Source: Bacteroidota bacterium
GTDB lineage: Bacteria; Bacteroidota; Bacteroidia; Chitinophagales; LD1
DNA: 64,000 bases
NCBI GenBank assembly: GCA_018267385.1
Contig: JAFDYN010000009.1
Span: 225,959-289,958, forward strand
Reading direction: 5' to 3'
The position numbers and the translations under genes were made by a program. Numbering within the stretch: the first letter of the stretch is position 1; every line of letters begins with the position of its first letter. The notes beneath the pieces were generated by a model. The model worked only from the letters and a program-made list of their open reading frames with translations. It was not told the origin of the DNA and made no database searches. Below, one piece after another: positions 49,655 through 58,999 of this stretch.

Positions 49655-50650
49655 ATGTACAAGAAAATCCCATTAAAGCCGTATCCTAATGGATGGTATG
49701 TACTGGCCACCTCTGATGAGGTAGGCACAGGTGCGATAGTGAGCAAGAAGTTTGTAGGCAAAGAAGTGGTCATATTTCGCACGGCATCAGGCCAGGTCGC
49801 TATCTCTGATGCTTACTGTCCGCACATGGGCGGCCACTTTGGCTATGGCGGCACTGTAAAGGGCGAATCCATACAGTGTCCTTTCCACCATTTTTGTTTT
49901 GATACCAAAGGAGACTGTACTGCTACCGGGTATGGTACCAAGCCCTCGCCACGGCTGAAACTAGACATGTGGCACGCCCGTGAGCGCAATGGCTTCATAC
50001 TGGTCTACTATGATGAACATGGTAATGCACCTACCTGGGAGGTGCCTGATATAGACCAGAGCGGCTGGAATAAAACCATCACCCGCGACTATGAGCTGGC
50101 GAGCCACCCGCAGGAGACCACCGAGAATAGCGTAGATATAGGTCACTTCACAGTGGTACATGGCTATAGCAATGTGAAACAACTCAAAGAGCTCATGCTC
50201 AGTGGCCACTACCTGAATACCCGCTACGCCATGACACGGCAGGGCACACTCCTCAGCCCAAAGGGCAAACTCGCTACAGAGTTTGACGTGCATGTGTATG
50301 GGCTTGGGTACTCCTTTGTAGAGGTAGATATACCGGATCTGGGCCTCAAGACACGCCAGTTCGTCTTTCCCACGCCAGTGGGTGATGGCAAGATCATCTT
50401 GAAGATAGGGATGAGTGTCAAATACATCGAAAAGCCGTCTACCGTACACCCGCTGCTGTCACTGGTGCCCGCGCCGGTATTCAACCGGATCGTCTCGCAG
50501 CAGGCGTTCAAAGGCTATGCGCATGATGTGAGCCAGGACTTCAAAATATGGCAGAACAAGATCTACATCGATCCCCCGGTACTGGCCAAAGGTGACGGCC
50601 CGGTAGCTCAGTACAGGATGTGGAGCCAGCAGTTTTATTATCCTGATTAG
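49655..50650 (+). CDS. Rieske [2Fe-2S] domain oxygenase-like protein
   Basis: 331 aa. Rieske ligands CPHMGGH...CPFHHF, with a C-terminal catalytic-like domain (non-heme iron His pair in NSVDIGHFTVVHG). Confidence 0.8.
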   Translation: MYKKIPLKPYPNGWYVLATSDEVGTGAIVSKKFVGKEVVIFRTASGQVAISDAYCPHMGGHFGYGGTVKGESIQCPFHHFCFDTKGDCTATGYGTKPSPRLKLDMWHARERNGFILVYYDEHGNAPTWEVPDIDQSGWNKTITRDYELASHPQETTENSVDIGHFTVVHGYSNVKQLKELMLSGHYLNTRYAMTRQGTLLSPKGKLATEFDVHVYGLGYSFVEVDIPDLGLKTRQFVFPTPVGDGKIILKIGMSVKYIEKPSTVHPLLSLVPAPVFNRIVSQQAFKGYAHDVSQDFKIWQNKIYIDPPVLAKGDGPVAQYRMWSQQFYYPD

Positions 50651-51060
50651 ATGCGGGAGATACCGGTCACTTTGGTAAAAACAGCCCCTGCAATAAGATA
50701 TACCGCACTCAACCCGGCATGGAGGCCAAGTGGTACCAGATACCAGATGCTACGCTCCTGCGGCAGGAAGTAGCGGGTAAACTCAGGCCGTGACTCAAGC
50801 AGTGTGAGCATGATAAAGATGCGCTTGCGCAGCGGCGACTGTGGATAGGTCACTGCCAGACCGCTATCTATGAGCTTCATATAGATGGGCCAGCGCATCA
50901 TCCTGTCCCACACGCGCTGCTGGTCCGGTGTGAGTATGGCAAAAAGTTTCTGTACCGCTGCTGAATAATGTTGAACTGTCGCCTCAGGGCAGTCTTCTCC
51001 TATCAGGTAGCGTGATAGCTTCTGCGCCTCACCGGGTGCTATGTAGAGAGGCTCACTCAT
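50647..51060 (-). CDS. Hypothetical protein (C-terminal hydrophobic segment)
   Basis: 137 aa. The start overlaps the upstream deacetylase stop (ATGA), implying translational coupling. No family recognised. Confidence 0.55.
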   Translation of the reverse strand: MSEPLYIAPGEAQKLSRYLIGEDCPEATVQHYSAAVQKLFAILTPDQQRVWDRMMRWPIYMKLIDSGLAVTYPQSPLRKRIFIMLTLLESRPEFTRYFLPQERSIWYLVPLGLHAGLSAVYLIAGAVFTKVTGISRI

Positions 51061-51893
51061 TGCCGGCTGATCTTTGAGGCCAGGTACTCGTCATAGCGCA
51101 TCACTACAGCACCGGTATGCTGCAGCAGGCTTTCAGCCTTGCTGAAAACCTTGCCTCTATTGACATACATCAGCCAGTTGAGCACCTTACTGTCATTCAT
51201 ATGCGGATGCATAAATGGCTCCTGATCGGTATCTACATCGTATGGATGGAAATAGCTCAGTACCGCTCCGCCTTTGGAGAAAGTATGCTGCGCCTGGCTA
51301 TTGAGAATGAACGATGGGAAAAACCTGAAGTAAACACCACCACCGAAAGGTACCTTGACCGGCCAGCTACCGATATTCATAGGCAGCTCATAGATGCCAT
51401 CGTAGAAGCCCTCTCCTTGGAACTGTGGCCAGCCAAACAGCGGATTGGTAGACGGGAGTACACTACTAGAGTAGGTAAACCCAAACTCACGAAGCACGGC
51501 ATAAGCCCATTTGCTATCCTCGGTCATAGAAAATGTCGGTGCCCGAAAGCCCTTGACAGACGAAGCGCCGAGACCGGTGAGCGTAGCCATAAAGCTCTCT
51601 AGGTCTTTGCGAAACTGATCGGGTGTCGTCTTAGTCAGGTGGATATGGGTATCTGTGTGGCAGGCAGTCTCATGGCCGCGGCGAATGATCTCACGGATCA
51701 GGTCAGGATAGTCGCGCGCAGTCTTGCCGACTATAAAGAACGTGGCCTTTGACTTGATCTTGTCCAGCCAGTCCAGGTATTTCAGTGTATTGACAGGTAC
51801 AGCCTCACGGTACTGATGGCCACCGGGTATGAAGTCGCGCACATCCTCCAGGTCTATGCTAAAGAGAAACACATTGGGCTGAGGGGTACTCAT
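51057..51893 (-). CDS. Polysaccharide deacetylase family protein (CE4/NodB fold, DUF3473-type)
   Basis: Starts at ATG 51893 (MSTPQPNVFLFSIDLEDV...ATFFIVGKTARDYPDLIREIIRRGHETACHTDTH...GFRAPTFS...GGGVYFRFFP). There is a 4-nt ATGA overlap with the upstream GT2 stop. The track start at 52055 lies inside the GT2 gene. Confidence 0.85.
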   Translation of the reverse strand: MSTPQPNVFLFSIDLEDVRDFIPGGHQYREAVPVNTLKYLDWLDKIKSKATFFIVGKTARDYPDLIREIIRRGHETACHTDTHIHLTKTTPDQFRKDLESFMATLTGLGASSVKGFRAPTFSMTEDSKWAYAVLREFGFTYSSSVLPSTNPLFGWPQFQGEGFYDGIYELPMNIGSWPVKVPFGGGVYFRFFPSFILNSQAQHTFSKGGAVLSYFHPYDVDTDQEPFMHPHMNDSKVLNWLMYVNRGKVFSKAESLLQHTGAVVMRYDEYLASKISRQ

Positions 51894-52774
51894 CTCTTGA
51901 TCTGCATTTTGCGCATCTGTGAGAGCTGCTCTGTGACCAGGCCGAGCATAAAGAAGATAAAACCTGACACCACCAGCATACCTGATCCCGTACTCACACC
52001 ACCACCGCGGCGGAAGATGTGTATATCCCACAGCACCGCAAAGACCACGCAGCACACTGCGATGGTCAGGAAGATCCGCATGGGGTTGAAGAGTATCACC
52101 ACATTGATGATCTCCATAATGGTCTCGTAGGCGGTCTTGACATTGATAGTACTATCACCTGCTACGCGAGGCTTGATACGGATAGGCTCCTCCAGTACGC
52201 GGTGCCGCTGATTGATAAAGACCAGGGCGATGATATCACTATAGGCCATCGTATCCGGGCAGAGCACTATGTACTTCTTAGCCAGTTCAGTGCTGTAGAT
52301 CTTCATGCCGGAGTTGATATCATAGATATTCATAGGCATGAGGAAACGTGCTATGCCGCGTATGATAGACTTGCCCAATCCCCTGAATGCTGATGCCTCA
52401 GCCTGCCCCTTGCGGCTGCCTACTATCATATCGGCATCGCGCTCTGCCACCAGGCTGAATAGTTTATCTACATCGTCCAGGTAGTGCTGGCCATCGGCAT
52501 CTATGGTGATCACGTAGTCAGTCTCAGCAGCCTGTATCCCAGATTTGATGGCACCGCCATAGCCACGGTTTACTTTGTGATTGACCACTTTGCAGCGGGG
52601 CTCATTGGCAAAGTGCTCCTGAAGCAAAACCAGCGAACCATCCCGCGAGCCGTCATTGGTGATGACAAGGCGATAGTCTCGTTCATTCACAAAGCGGATC
52701 AGCTCCGGTAACACTACCGGAAGGCTTTGCGCCTCATTATAGCAAGGTATGACGATGGATAAGGTGGGTTTCAA
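51890..52774 (-). CDS. GT2 polyprenyl-phosphate glycosyltransferase (GtrB/ArnC/DPM1-like)
   Basis: 294 aa. LSIVIPCYNE...ITNDGSRDGS...TIDADGQH GT2 core plus two C-terminal TM helices (IFLTIAVCCVVFAVLW..., LVVSGFIFFMLGLV), as in lipid-carrier sugar synthases. Confidence 0.85.
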   Translation of the reverse strand: MKPTLSIVIPCYNEAQSLPVVLPELIRFVNERDYRLVITNDGSRDGSLVLLQEHFANEPRCKVVNHKVNRGYGGAIKSGIQAAETDYVITIDADGQHYLDDVDKLFSLVAERDADMIVGSRKGQAEASAFRGLGKSIIRGIARFLMPMNIYDINSGMKIYSTELAKKYIVLCPDTMAYSDIIALVFINQRHRVLEEPIRIKPRVAGDSTINVKTAYETIMEIINVVILFNPMRIFLTIAVCCVVFAVLWDIHIFRRGGGVSTGSGMLVVSGFIFFMLGLVTEQLSQMRKMQIKR

Positions 52775-52780
52775 TGTCTG

Positions 52781-54829
52781 TTATTTTTGCTCTTTCAAAC
52801 CTTTTTCTGCTACTGCCAGGTTGTTTTTGGCCAGCTGGGAAGATGGGTCCAGCTCTATTGCCTTCACCAGTGCTTCACGGGCCTCCTTGTACTTCTTCAT
52901 GATATTGTATGCAGAGCCTATATTATTATACGCCGCTGCAAAGTCAGGTTTTAGCTCCAGCGCCTTCTTTGCCGCATCTACACAGCCCTGATAGTCCCCA
53001 GCATTATAGTACTGCAGCGATAGGTTCAGGTAGCTGTCAACTGTCTTTGTCGTCTCTGCTGTCTCCTTAGCTATGTCCAGCATAGATTTGCCGGAGGCTG
53101 CCAGCTTCATGTATTCTGTCGCTTTGGTATCTGATGGTGAAATGGCGAGTGTGGATGCTGCTACTTTTTTCAGCTCCTCGTAGCGCTTCTGCCCGTACAG
53201 CAGGTCCATGAGCATATAGCGGCTGTCCAGATTAGCGCCGGACATATCCAGCACGGTATTCAGCATCTTTATAGCCTCGTCATAGCGCCCTTCATTTTTC
53301 AGAAAGCGAGCATAGTAATAGTACGAGCCCGGGTAGAGATTGCCTCCGCGATAGACCCCGGCCTTGAAATAATTTTCCGCCTCATCCTTTTTGCCCAGGC
53401 TCTCCTTGAGGATAGCCATATTGACATTGAGGTAGGCGTAGTTTGGCCAGTACTCCAGGCCCCGGCTGTAGTAGCGCTCTGCTCCTGCCAGGTCACCCTT
53501 GCGCATCAGCGCGAGGCCATAGTTCATGAGGCCGCGACCATTGGTAGGAGATTTCAGCGTGCAGTCATACCAGAGGTTGTCATCATTGCGCCATACTTCA
53601 TTGCGCGTATGTGTGCCATAGGCATAGCCAGCCAACATCACAATGAGAAACGCAAAGAAAGTCCACTTCACCGCTTTATTGGGCTTGGTGCTTTTCACTA
53701 CCAGCATCACGAGCAGGTATAGCGACCATACGATAGCCAGAGACAATCCTACAAAGGGGAAAAACATACGGTGGTCATTGGTCACCTCTGAGAACGCGAC
53801 CAGCGAGGTAGGTACATTGGCCAGGAGAAACCATGCCAGGCCAAAGGCAATAGGGCGTGTGGCCTTATACTCTGCAGTGATCAAAGTGATGATCACCGTA
53901 AAGATCACAAATACATAACCCAAAATGGCGTATGGATCTACCGCAGACTGAAAGATGACCCAGTCGGTATCTGCATTGAGGTGTACAGGCGCAAACCAGG
54001 CCGTGAAGTAGTAAAATAAGATATAAGGCTGCGTGAGAATGTAACTGAGCGTATCTTTTTGACCTTCTACATAGGTCTTTGGCTGCATATGGCTCACAAA
54101 TAGATAACCTAACACGCATATGACCAGCGCTACTACTGAGGGGATCACTATCTTCTCCAGCGACCTGCCTTTAGTAAAAATGGTAAAGAATCCTGCATCT
54201 GCCTCAAACAGGACCATATAGCAAATGAGCAGCGGGCCAAACATCAGTGCAGATGGCTTGGTCAGGATACCGAGTACCACCGGTATGAGATACAGAAAAA
54301 ACTTCCGGCTCACGGGAGATACAGCGTACATGACCAGGCCTAGCACGACAAAGAAGGTAGACAATGAGTCACCGCGCTGAATGATATAGTTGATGGTCTC
54401 CGCGCAGACAGGGTGCAGCATAAACCATGCTACCGCAAATAAAGCCACCCATTCCCGGTATTTATCATCTACAGCCGAGATAGACAGGATACGGCTGAAT
54501 AGCACAAACATCAGTACACCCAGCAGGATGAAAAATGTAAAACTGGTCACATGAAAGGGCACCATGTTCTTCAGGTCATCGCTGAAGTGATAGTCTATAG
54601 CGAGCGTAGTAGTCAGTACAGGACGGTATGACTGATTGGGCGGCAGAGAGCTGGAGGTGGTACCGTCTTTAAAGAAAAGAGGAATATTCTTGAGGTCGCG
54701 TATGTACGCGTTATTTTCTATCGTATGGGCATCATCAAAGTGCAATGACCCCTGAAAATGATTGGAATAGGTGATACCTACAGCGATCATGATCAGTGCT
54801 AGTACTACCCATATCGTCCCCTTGCTCAT
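52781..54829 (-). CDS. GT-C-fold membrane protein with C-terminal TPR repeats (TMTC/DUF1736-like), paralog B
   Basis: 682 aa. First-loop motif LHFDDAHTIENNAYIRDL, then SYRPVLTTTLAIDY, about 10 TM segments and a TPR array. Strongly similar to the upstream neighbour. Confidence 0.8.
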   Translation of the reverse strand: MSKGTIWVVLALIMIAVGITYSNHFQGSLHFDDAHTIENNAYIRDLKNIPLFFKDGTTSSSLPPNQSYRPVLTTTLAIDYHFSDDLKNMVPFHVTSFTFFILLGVLMFVLFSRILSISAVDDKYREWVALFAVAWFMLHPVCAETINYIIQRGDSLSTFFVVLGLVMYAVSPVSRKFFLYLIPVVLGILTKPSALMFGPLLICYMVLFEADAGFFTIFTKGRSLEKIVIPSVVALVICVLGYLFVSHMQPKTYVEGQKDTLSYILTQPYILFYYFTAWFAPVHLNADTDWVIFQSAVDPYAILGYVFVIFTVIITLITAEYKATRPIAFGLAWFLLANVPTSLVAFSEVTNDHRMFFPFVGLSLAIVWSLYLLVMLVVKSTKPNKAVKWTFFAFLIVMLAGYAYGTHTRNEVWRNDDNLWYDCTLKSPTNGRGLMNYGLALMRKGDLAGAERYYSRGLEYWPNYAYLNVNMAILKESLGKKDEAENYFKAGVYRGGNLYPGSYYYYARFLKNEGRYDEAIKMLNTVLDMSGANLDSRYMLMDLLYGQKRYEELKKVAASTLAISPSDTKATEYMKLAASGKSMLDIAKETAETTKTVDSYLNLSLQYYNAGDYQGCVDAAKKALELKPDFAAAYNNIGSAYNIMKKYKEAREALVKAIELDPSSQLAKNNLAVAEKGLKEQK

Positions 54830-54928
54830 CTATGTATGTCTGTTTTGGCCAAACCTACATGAAATTTGGTTAAAAACCACAGCCCGTATAGGGAGTGTCA
54901 GTACTGCGTGGATATTTTGTAAGTGGTG

Positions 54929-56926
54929 CTACTGTGCTCCGGCCTTCAGTCCTCTCTCAGCTACATCGAGATTGATACGCGCAAAGCGTGACTGCGGGTC
55001 CAGCTTCAGCGCCTTCTGCGCAGCAGCAGCAGCGTCTGCATACTTGCCCAGCTTATTACTCGCAGCAGCCAGATTGTTGTAGCCTTCGGCAAAGTCGGGC
55101 TTCAGCGCAAGGGCTTTCCGCGCGTAGTCTATGCAGTCCTGGTAGCGTCCCTCCCTGTACGCCTGACCCGAGAGATTGAGGAGACTTTCTGCGGTCGTGG
55201 GAACGGACGTCGCTGCCAGTGCCTTTATGAGGTTTTGGTAGTAACCCGCACGGCCATCGCCCGGAGAGACAGCCAACACCTCTCCTGCCACTTGGCGCAG
55301 CTCCTCTGTGCGGTGCTGTTTATACAGCAGCTCCATCAGCAGTTCACGGCCTTCCACATTGGCCGCTGAGAGCCGGTATGCCGCGTACAGATACCGGATG
55401 GCGCTATCGGGCTGACCCACCTGATTGAGGTACATGGCATAGTAGTAGTAGCAGGGAGGGCACTCATCGCCGCCACCCTCCAAAGCATATTTCAGGTATT
55501 GCCCTGACTCATTATCCTTTCCCTGCTCATGCTTCACGATACCCATATCGAGATTGGCCATGGCGTAGGCAGGCTTTAGCCGCAGCACTTCCGCAAACTG
55601 CTTTTCAGCCTCCGGCAAAGCCTTGCGCTGTAGCAGGGCGAGGCCATAGCTGAGATGCGCATTGGCACTCTTTGGGTATTTCACCACTGCGTCTGACCAG
55701 AGCGACTCCTCAGTCTGCCACGCCAGCGTGCGCTGATAGGCACCATAGGCATAGCCCAGCAGGCCGATAGTACAGATACCTCCTGCTACGTAGTGTGCTA
55801 CCTTGACAGCCTTAAAACGATGCCCCAGCGCATCTACGAGCAGGTAGATAGCCCACGACACTGCTATAGCCAGCCCGATAGATGGGAAGAACATCCTATG
55901 GTCAGTAGCTACTTCTCCGAGTGATATCCATGAGGTGGTCAGATTGGCTATGAGGTACCAGGCGAGGCCAAAGGCAATGGGCCGTATACGCTCCCGCCTG
56001 GCGGCGAAGAAGACAGCAATCACCATAGCGGCGATAAAGAGATAACCCACCAAAGCCTCCACCACAAAAGGCGACTCAAACACCTGCGCCCCGTGATCTG
56101 CCGCCAGCCACAGCGGTGCGCACCACTCTACAAAGTAGAATCCCAGTATATAGGACTGCGTGAAGCGATACAGCCACGCGTCTCCCCCACCGGGCTGATA
56201 GGTAGCCGGGGTCATTGCATTCACCAGCAGGCCTGTGCCAATGGCTATCATCATCGCCAGCACTACGTGAGGCCATGGGAAAGCCTTGACGGCTCCTGTT
56301 TTCTTTTGCTCTAAGAGCAGGATGTAAGCTACCAACAGTAAAGGGAAAACAACTGCGATGGGCTTAGACAAAATACCAAGTACCACAGGTATGAGATACA
56401 GGTAAAATCTTCTTGACAACGGTGAGGATACATACAGCAGCAGTGCCAGCACGACAAAAAAGGCAGCCAGCACATCTCCCCGCTGTATGATATAGCATAC
56501 CGCCTCTGCACTCAGCGGATGCAGCATAAACCAGCCTGCCGCAAAGACAGCTATCACACCCGCATGCCGCTCATCTGCCAGATAGTACATAGCGCGCAGC
56601 AGGAGGAATAGACACAATCCCAGGCAAAGAAAGATGATAAAGCTCGTGATGTGAAAGGCCAGTGTATCTGCCGTACCGCCACCCAGATGATAGTCTATGG
56701 CCAGCGTGGTAGTCAGTACGGGCCGGTAGGTTTGATTGGCAGGCAGAGAGCTGGATGTAGTACCATCGGTGAAAAACTGTGGTATATAGACCAGGTCGCG
56801 GATGTAGGCATTGTTAATGATCGTGTGGATGTCATCTATATGAAAGGCACCATGAAAATGCTCTGAGTACACGATAGTCGTGAGCGCGAGGACGATGGCC
56901 AGTCCGATCCACTGGAGCTGCTTCAT
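54929..56926 (-). CDS. GT-C-fold membrane protein with C-terminal TPR repeats (TMTC/DUF1736-like), paralog A
   Basis: 665 aa with FHIDDIHTIINNAYIRDL, TYRPVLTTTLAIDY and a TPR array. The start overlaps the tilS stop (ATGA). Confidence 0.8.
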   Translation of the reverse strand: MKQLQWIGLAIVLALTTIVYSEHFHGAFHIDDIHTIINNAYIRDLVYIPQFFTDGTTSSSLPANQTYRPVLTTTLAIDYHLGGGTADTLAFHITSFIIFLCLGLCLFLLLRAMYYLADERHAGVIAVFAAGWFMLHPLSAEAVCYIIQRGDVLAAFFVVLALLLYVSSPLSRRFYLYLIPVVLGILSKPIAVVFPLLLVAYILLLEQKKTGAVKAFPWPHVVLAMMIAIGTGLLVNAMTPATYQPGGGDAWLYRFTQSYILGFYFVEWCAPLWLAADHGAQVFESPFVVEALVGYLFIAAMVIAVFFAARRERIRPIAFGLAWYLIANLTTSWISLGEVATDHRMFFPSIGLAIAVSWAIYLLVDALGHRFKAVKVAHYVAGGICTIGLLGYAYGAYQRTLAWQTEESLWSDAVVKYPKSANAHLSYGLALLQRKALPEAEKQFAEVLRLKPAYAMANLDMGIVKHEQGKDNESGQYLKYALEGGGDECPPCYYYYAMYLNQVGQPDSAIRYLYAAYRLSAANVEGRELLMELLYKQHRTEELRQVAGEVLAVSPGDGRAGYYQNLIKALAATSVPTTAESLLNLSGQAYREGRYQDCIDYARKALALKPDFAEGYNNLAAASNKLGKYADAAAAAQKALKLDPQSRFARINLDVAERGLKAGAQ

Positions 56927-58263
56927 CCCTCTCTGGATTGACGGATCACCAATACGCTTTTGGTCTTGTCAGACACCTTAAAGCGCTCGTCTATCCGCTC
57001 TCCCACTATCCAGACGATGCGCTGATCAGACTCCAATATCCAGACGGCCTCCTTCTGATGGATGGCCAACTTCTGGTCTTTAAAATACTTGCTGACTTTC
57101 TTCTTCTTCAGCTTCATGCCAAAGGGATAGAAGTAGTCGCCCTGCCGCCACGGACGCAGCAGCAGCGGAAATTTCACCTTATCCAGATCGAGATAAGCGT
57201 GAGTTTTCTCTTTATCAATAATAGTATCGGAAATATCTGATTTGCTACACTGCAATGAGAAACCATCCAGCTTCACGAGGTCATCGGGGCCTTCTATATA
57301 GATCGCTCCCTTAGTGCCCTTGGCCAACTCTGTGACGATGAGAAAACGCCTGTCCTTCACCACACGCGCCTGCTCGGAGAGAAACTGTTTGCCGCTGTCA
57401 CTATCCAGTGCCGTGAGCATATCATCTACCTGCGCACTATTGAAACCAAACGGTCTCAGGTACTCAAAAAGCACTGAACGTCTTTCCTTTATCTGCTGTA
57501 GCTTCAATATGGGGATATAGACATCATTGCCCCTTTTCAGGAAAAGCTGCTTCTCTATTTTATGGAAGCGGAGCGTGTAGGTCTCCTCTAGTTCCGAGAA
57601 TATTTTCAGCCTGTCGGCAAAGGCATCCTGAAAGCCCGGATTGATATCCGCTATCAATGGCACCAGATGGTGACGGATCTTGTTACGCGTATATTTAGTA
57701 GAAGCATTGGACGAATCCTCGCGGTAGGTCAGGTTGTTTGCCTGGCAGAAAGCAGCGATCTCCTCACGGCTCATCTCCAGCAGCGGACGGATCAGGCGGC
57801 CGTTCTTTGGCAGCATGCCACGGAGGCCTTTGATGCCGGTGCCCTTGATAAAATTATAAAGGACGGTCTCGATGTTGTCATTCAGGTGGTGCGCGGTGGC
57901 GAGGTAGTAGAAGCCATTGGCCTCGCGTATCTCGTGCAGCCATTGGTAGCGTAGCTCCCGGGCAGCCACCTGTACGGAGACCTTGCGCTCAGCCATGTAG
58001 GCCTCGGTGTCAAACTTTACAGAGAAGTACGGCACCTCATATTTCTCAGCCAGCGTCCGGGCCAAAGCCTCATCGCCCTCGCTCTCCTCTCCTCTCAGCT
58101 GAAAATTGCAATGTGCCATGCCAAAGCGCACACCCAGCTGGTGTAGCACCTCTGCCAGTACCACCGAGTCCATACCTCCGCTGAGTGCCAGCAGCACACG
58201 CCTGCGGCTCAGGTCTATCTGGTGGGCGGCAGCAAGGGTTTTGACTTTGATGGGGAGTGACAT
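56923..58263 (-). CDS. tilS: tRNA(Ile)-lysidine synthase
   Basis: PP-loop LLALSGGMDS and the TilS substrate-binding C-terminal domain. I prefer the ATG at 58263 over the TTG track start at 58281. Confidence 0.92.
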   Translation of the reverse strand: MSLPIKVKTLAAAHQIDLSRRRVLLALSGGMDSVVLAEVLHQLGVRFGMAHCNFQLRGEESEGDEALARTLAEKYEVPYFSVKFDTEAYMAERKVSVQVAARELRYQWLHEIREANGFYYLATAHHLNDNIETVLYNFIKGTGIKGLRGMLPKNGRLIRPLLEMSREEIAAFCQANNLTYREDSSNASTKYTRNKIRHHLVPLIADINPGFQDAFADRLKIFSELEETYTLRFHKIEKQLFLKRGNDVYIPILKLQQIKERRSVLFEYLRPFGFNSAQVDDMLTALDSDSGKQFLSEQARVVKDRRFLIVTELAKGTKGAIYIEGPDDLVKLDGFSLQCSKSDISDTIIDKEKTHAYLDLDKVKFPLLLRPWRQGDYFYPFGMKLKKKKVSKYFKDQKLAIHQKEAVWILESDQRIVWIVGERIDERFKVSDKTKSVLVIRQSREG

Positions 58264-58330
58264 GATGGCGCAAATTGCCAAAAAATCGGCATACGCTGTT
58301 ACTTTCTCAGCTGACAGTCATTATGAAATC

Positions 58331-58705
58331 ATGACGCGCAGCCTCCTCACACTCCTCCTGCCCCTATCCATATCCCTCTGCCAGGCACACATCCTGCACA
58401 TCACTGTCACGGCTAGCGCTATGATGACCGATACGGCTGCTATAGAGCAGTATGACACGATCATCTTCACCTCGGAGGTAGAGGCCGACCTGATCAGCTA
58501 CAACACGCCCTACGGCACCGCAGGCCTGCACCAGAAGTTAGGTACAGGGCAAACAGCTAGATATGTACCTACGGTGATAGGTCGCTATTCCTTTAAGGCG
58601 ACACCCGCCGGTGGCAAGGCTATACAACTGACCATCTCTGCCATACCACCGGTACGCCCGCCTGGTGTGATGGGAAACTATCCCCGCGCTTTTACTGGCA
58701 GGTAG
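58331..58705 (+). CDS. Hypothetical secreted protein, probable 5' part of a frameshifted gene
   Basis: ATG at 58331 (MTRSLLTLLLPLSISLCQA signal peptide). The C-terminal PPGVMGNYPR aligns with PPKGMTGLYPR of the paralog at 59000, then the frame terminates. Confidence 0.5.
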   Translation: MTRSLLTLLLPLSISLCQAHILHITVTASAMMTDTAAIEQYDTIIFTSEVEADLISYNTPYGTAGLHQKLGTGQTARYVPTVIGRYSFKATPAGGKAIQLTISAIPPVRPPGVMGNYPRAFTGR

Positions 58706-58710
58706 ACACG

Positions 58711-58941
58711 GTGCGCAGGATCTGGCACTTCGTCAAAAACGATACGTCGATGGTACACATAGCCATACATGACCAGACAGGCAAGGCCGTAGTGCCCTAC
58801 CAGTTGCTACCCTCTGCGCTGGATATCAGTATGGCCGGATGGGTAGGCTGTAGCTACGAGCTGGTGATTGTACAGGGTGGTGGCATCTATCGCACATCCT
58901 TTGCCGTCTGTAGGTCAGCGCTGGCGGTACGGCGCAGGTGA
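58711..58941 (+). CDS. Hypothetical ORF, probable 3' part of the same disrupted gene
   Basis: Different frame, beginning 6 nt after the previous stop. RRIWHF...DTSMVHIAIHD...YQLL...DISMAGW...YELVIVQGGGIYRTSF aligns with RIWW...DTSSIALYVED...YQKL...DISAWPKGIYEAIVVMPGEIYRITL of 59000..59368. Confidence 0.4.
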   Translation: MRRIWHFVKNDTSMVHIAIHDQTGKAVVPYQLLPSALDISMAGWVGCSYELVIVQGGGIYRTSFAVCRSALAVRRR

Positions 58942-58999
58942 TGTACCGACCATGTGACTTTTCCAGTCAAGCCGCATTATACCTGCAAAACTAAATCAT

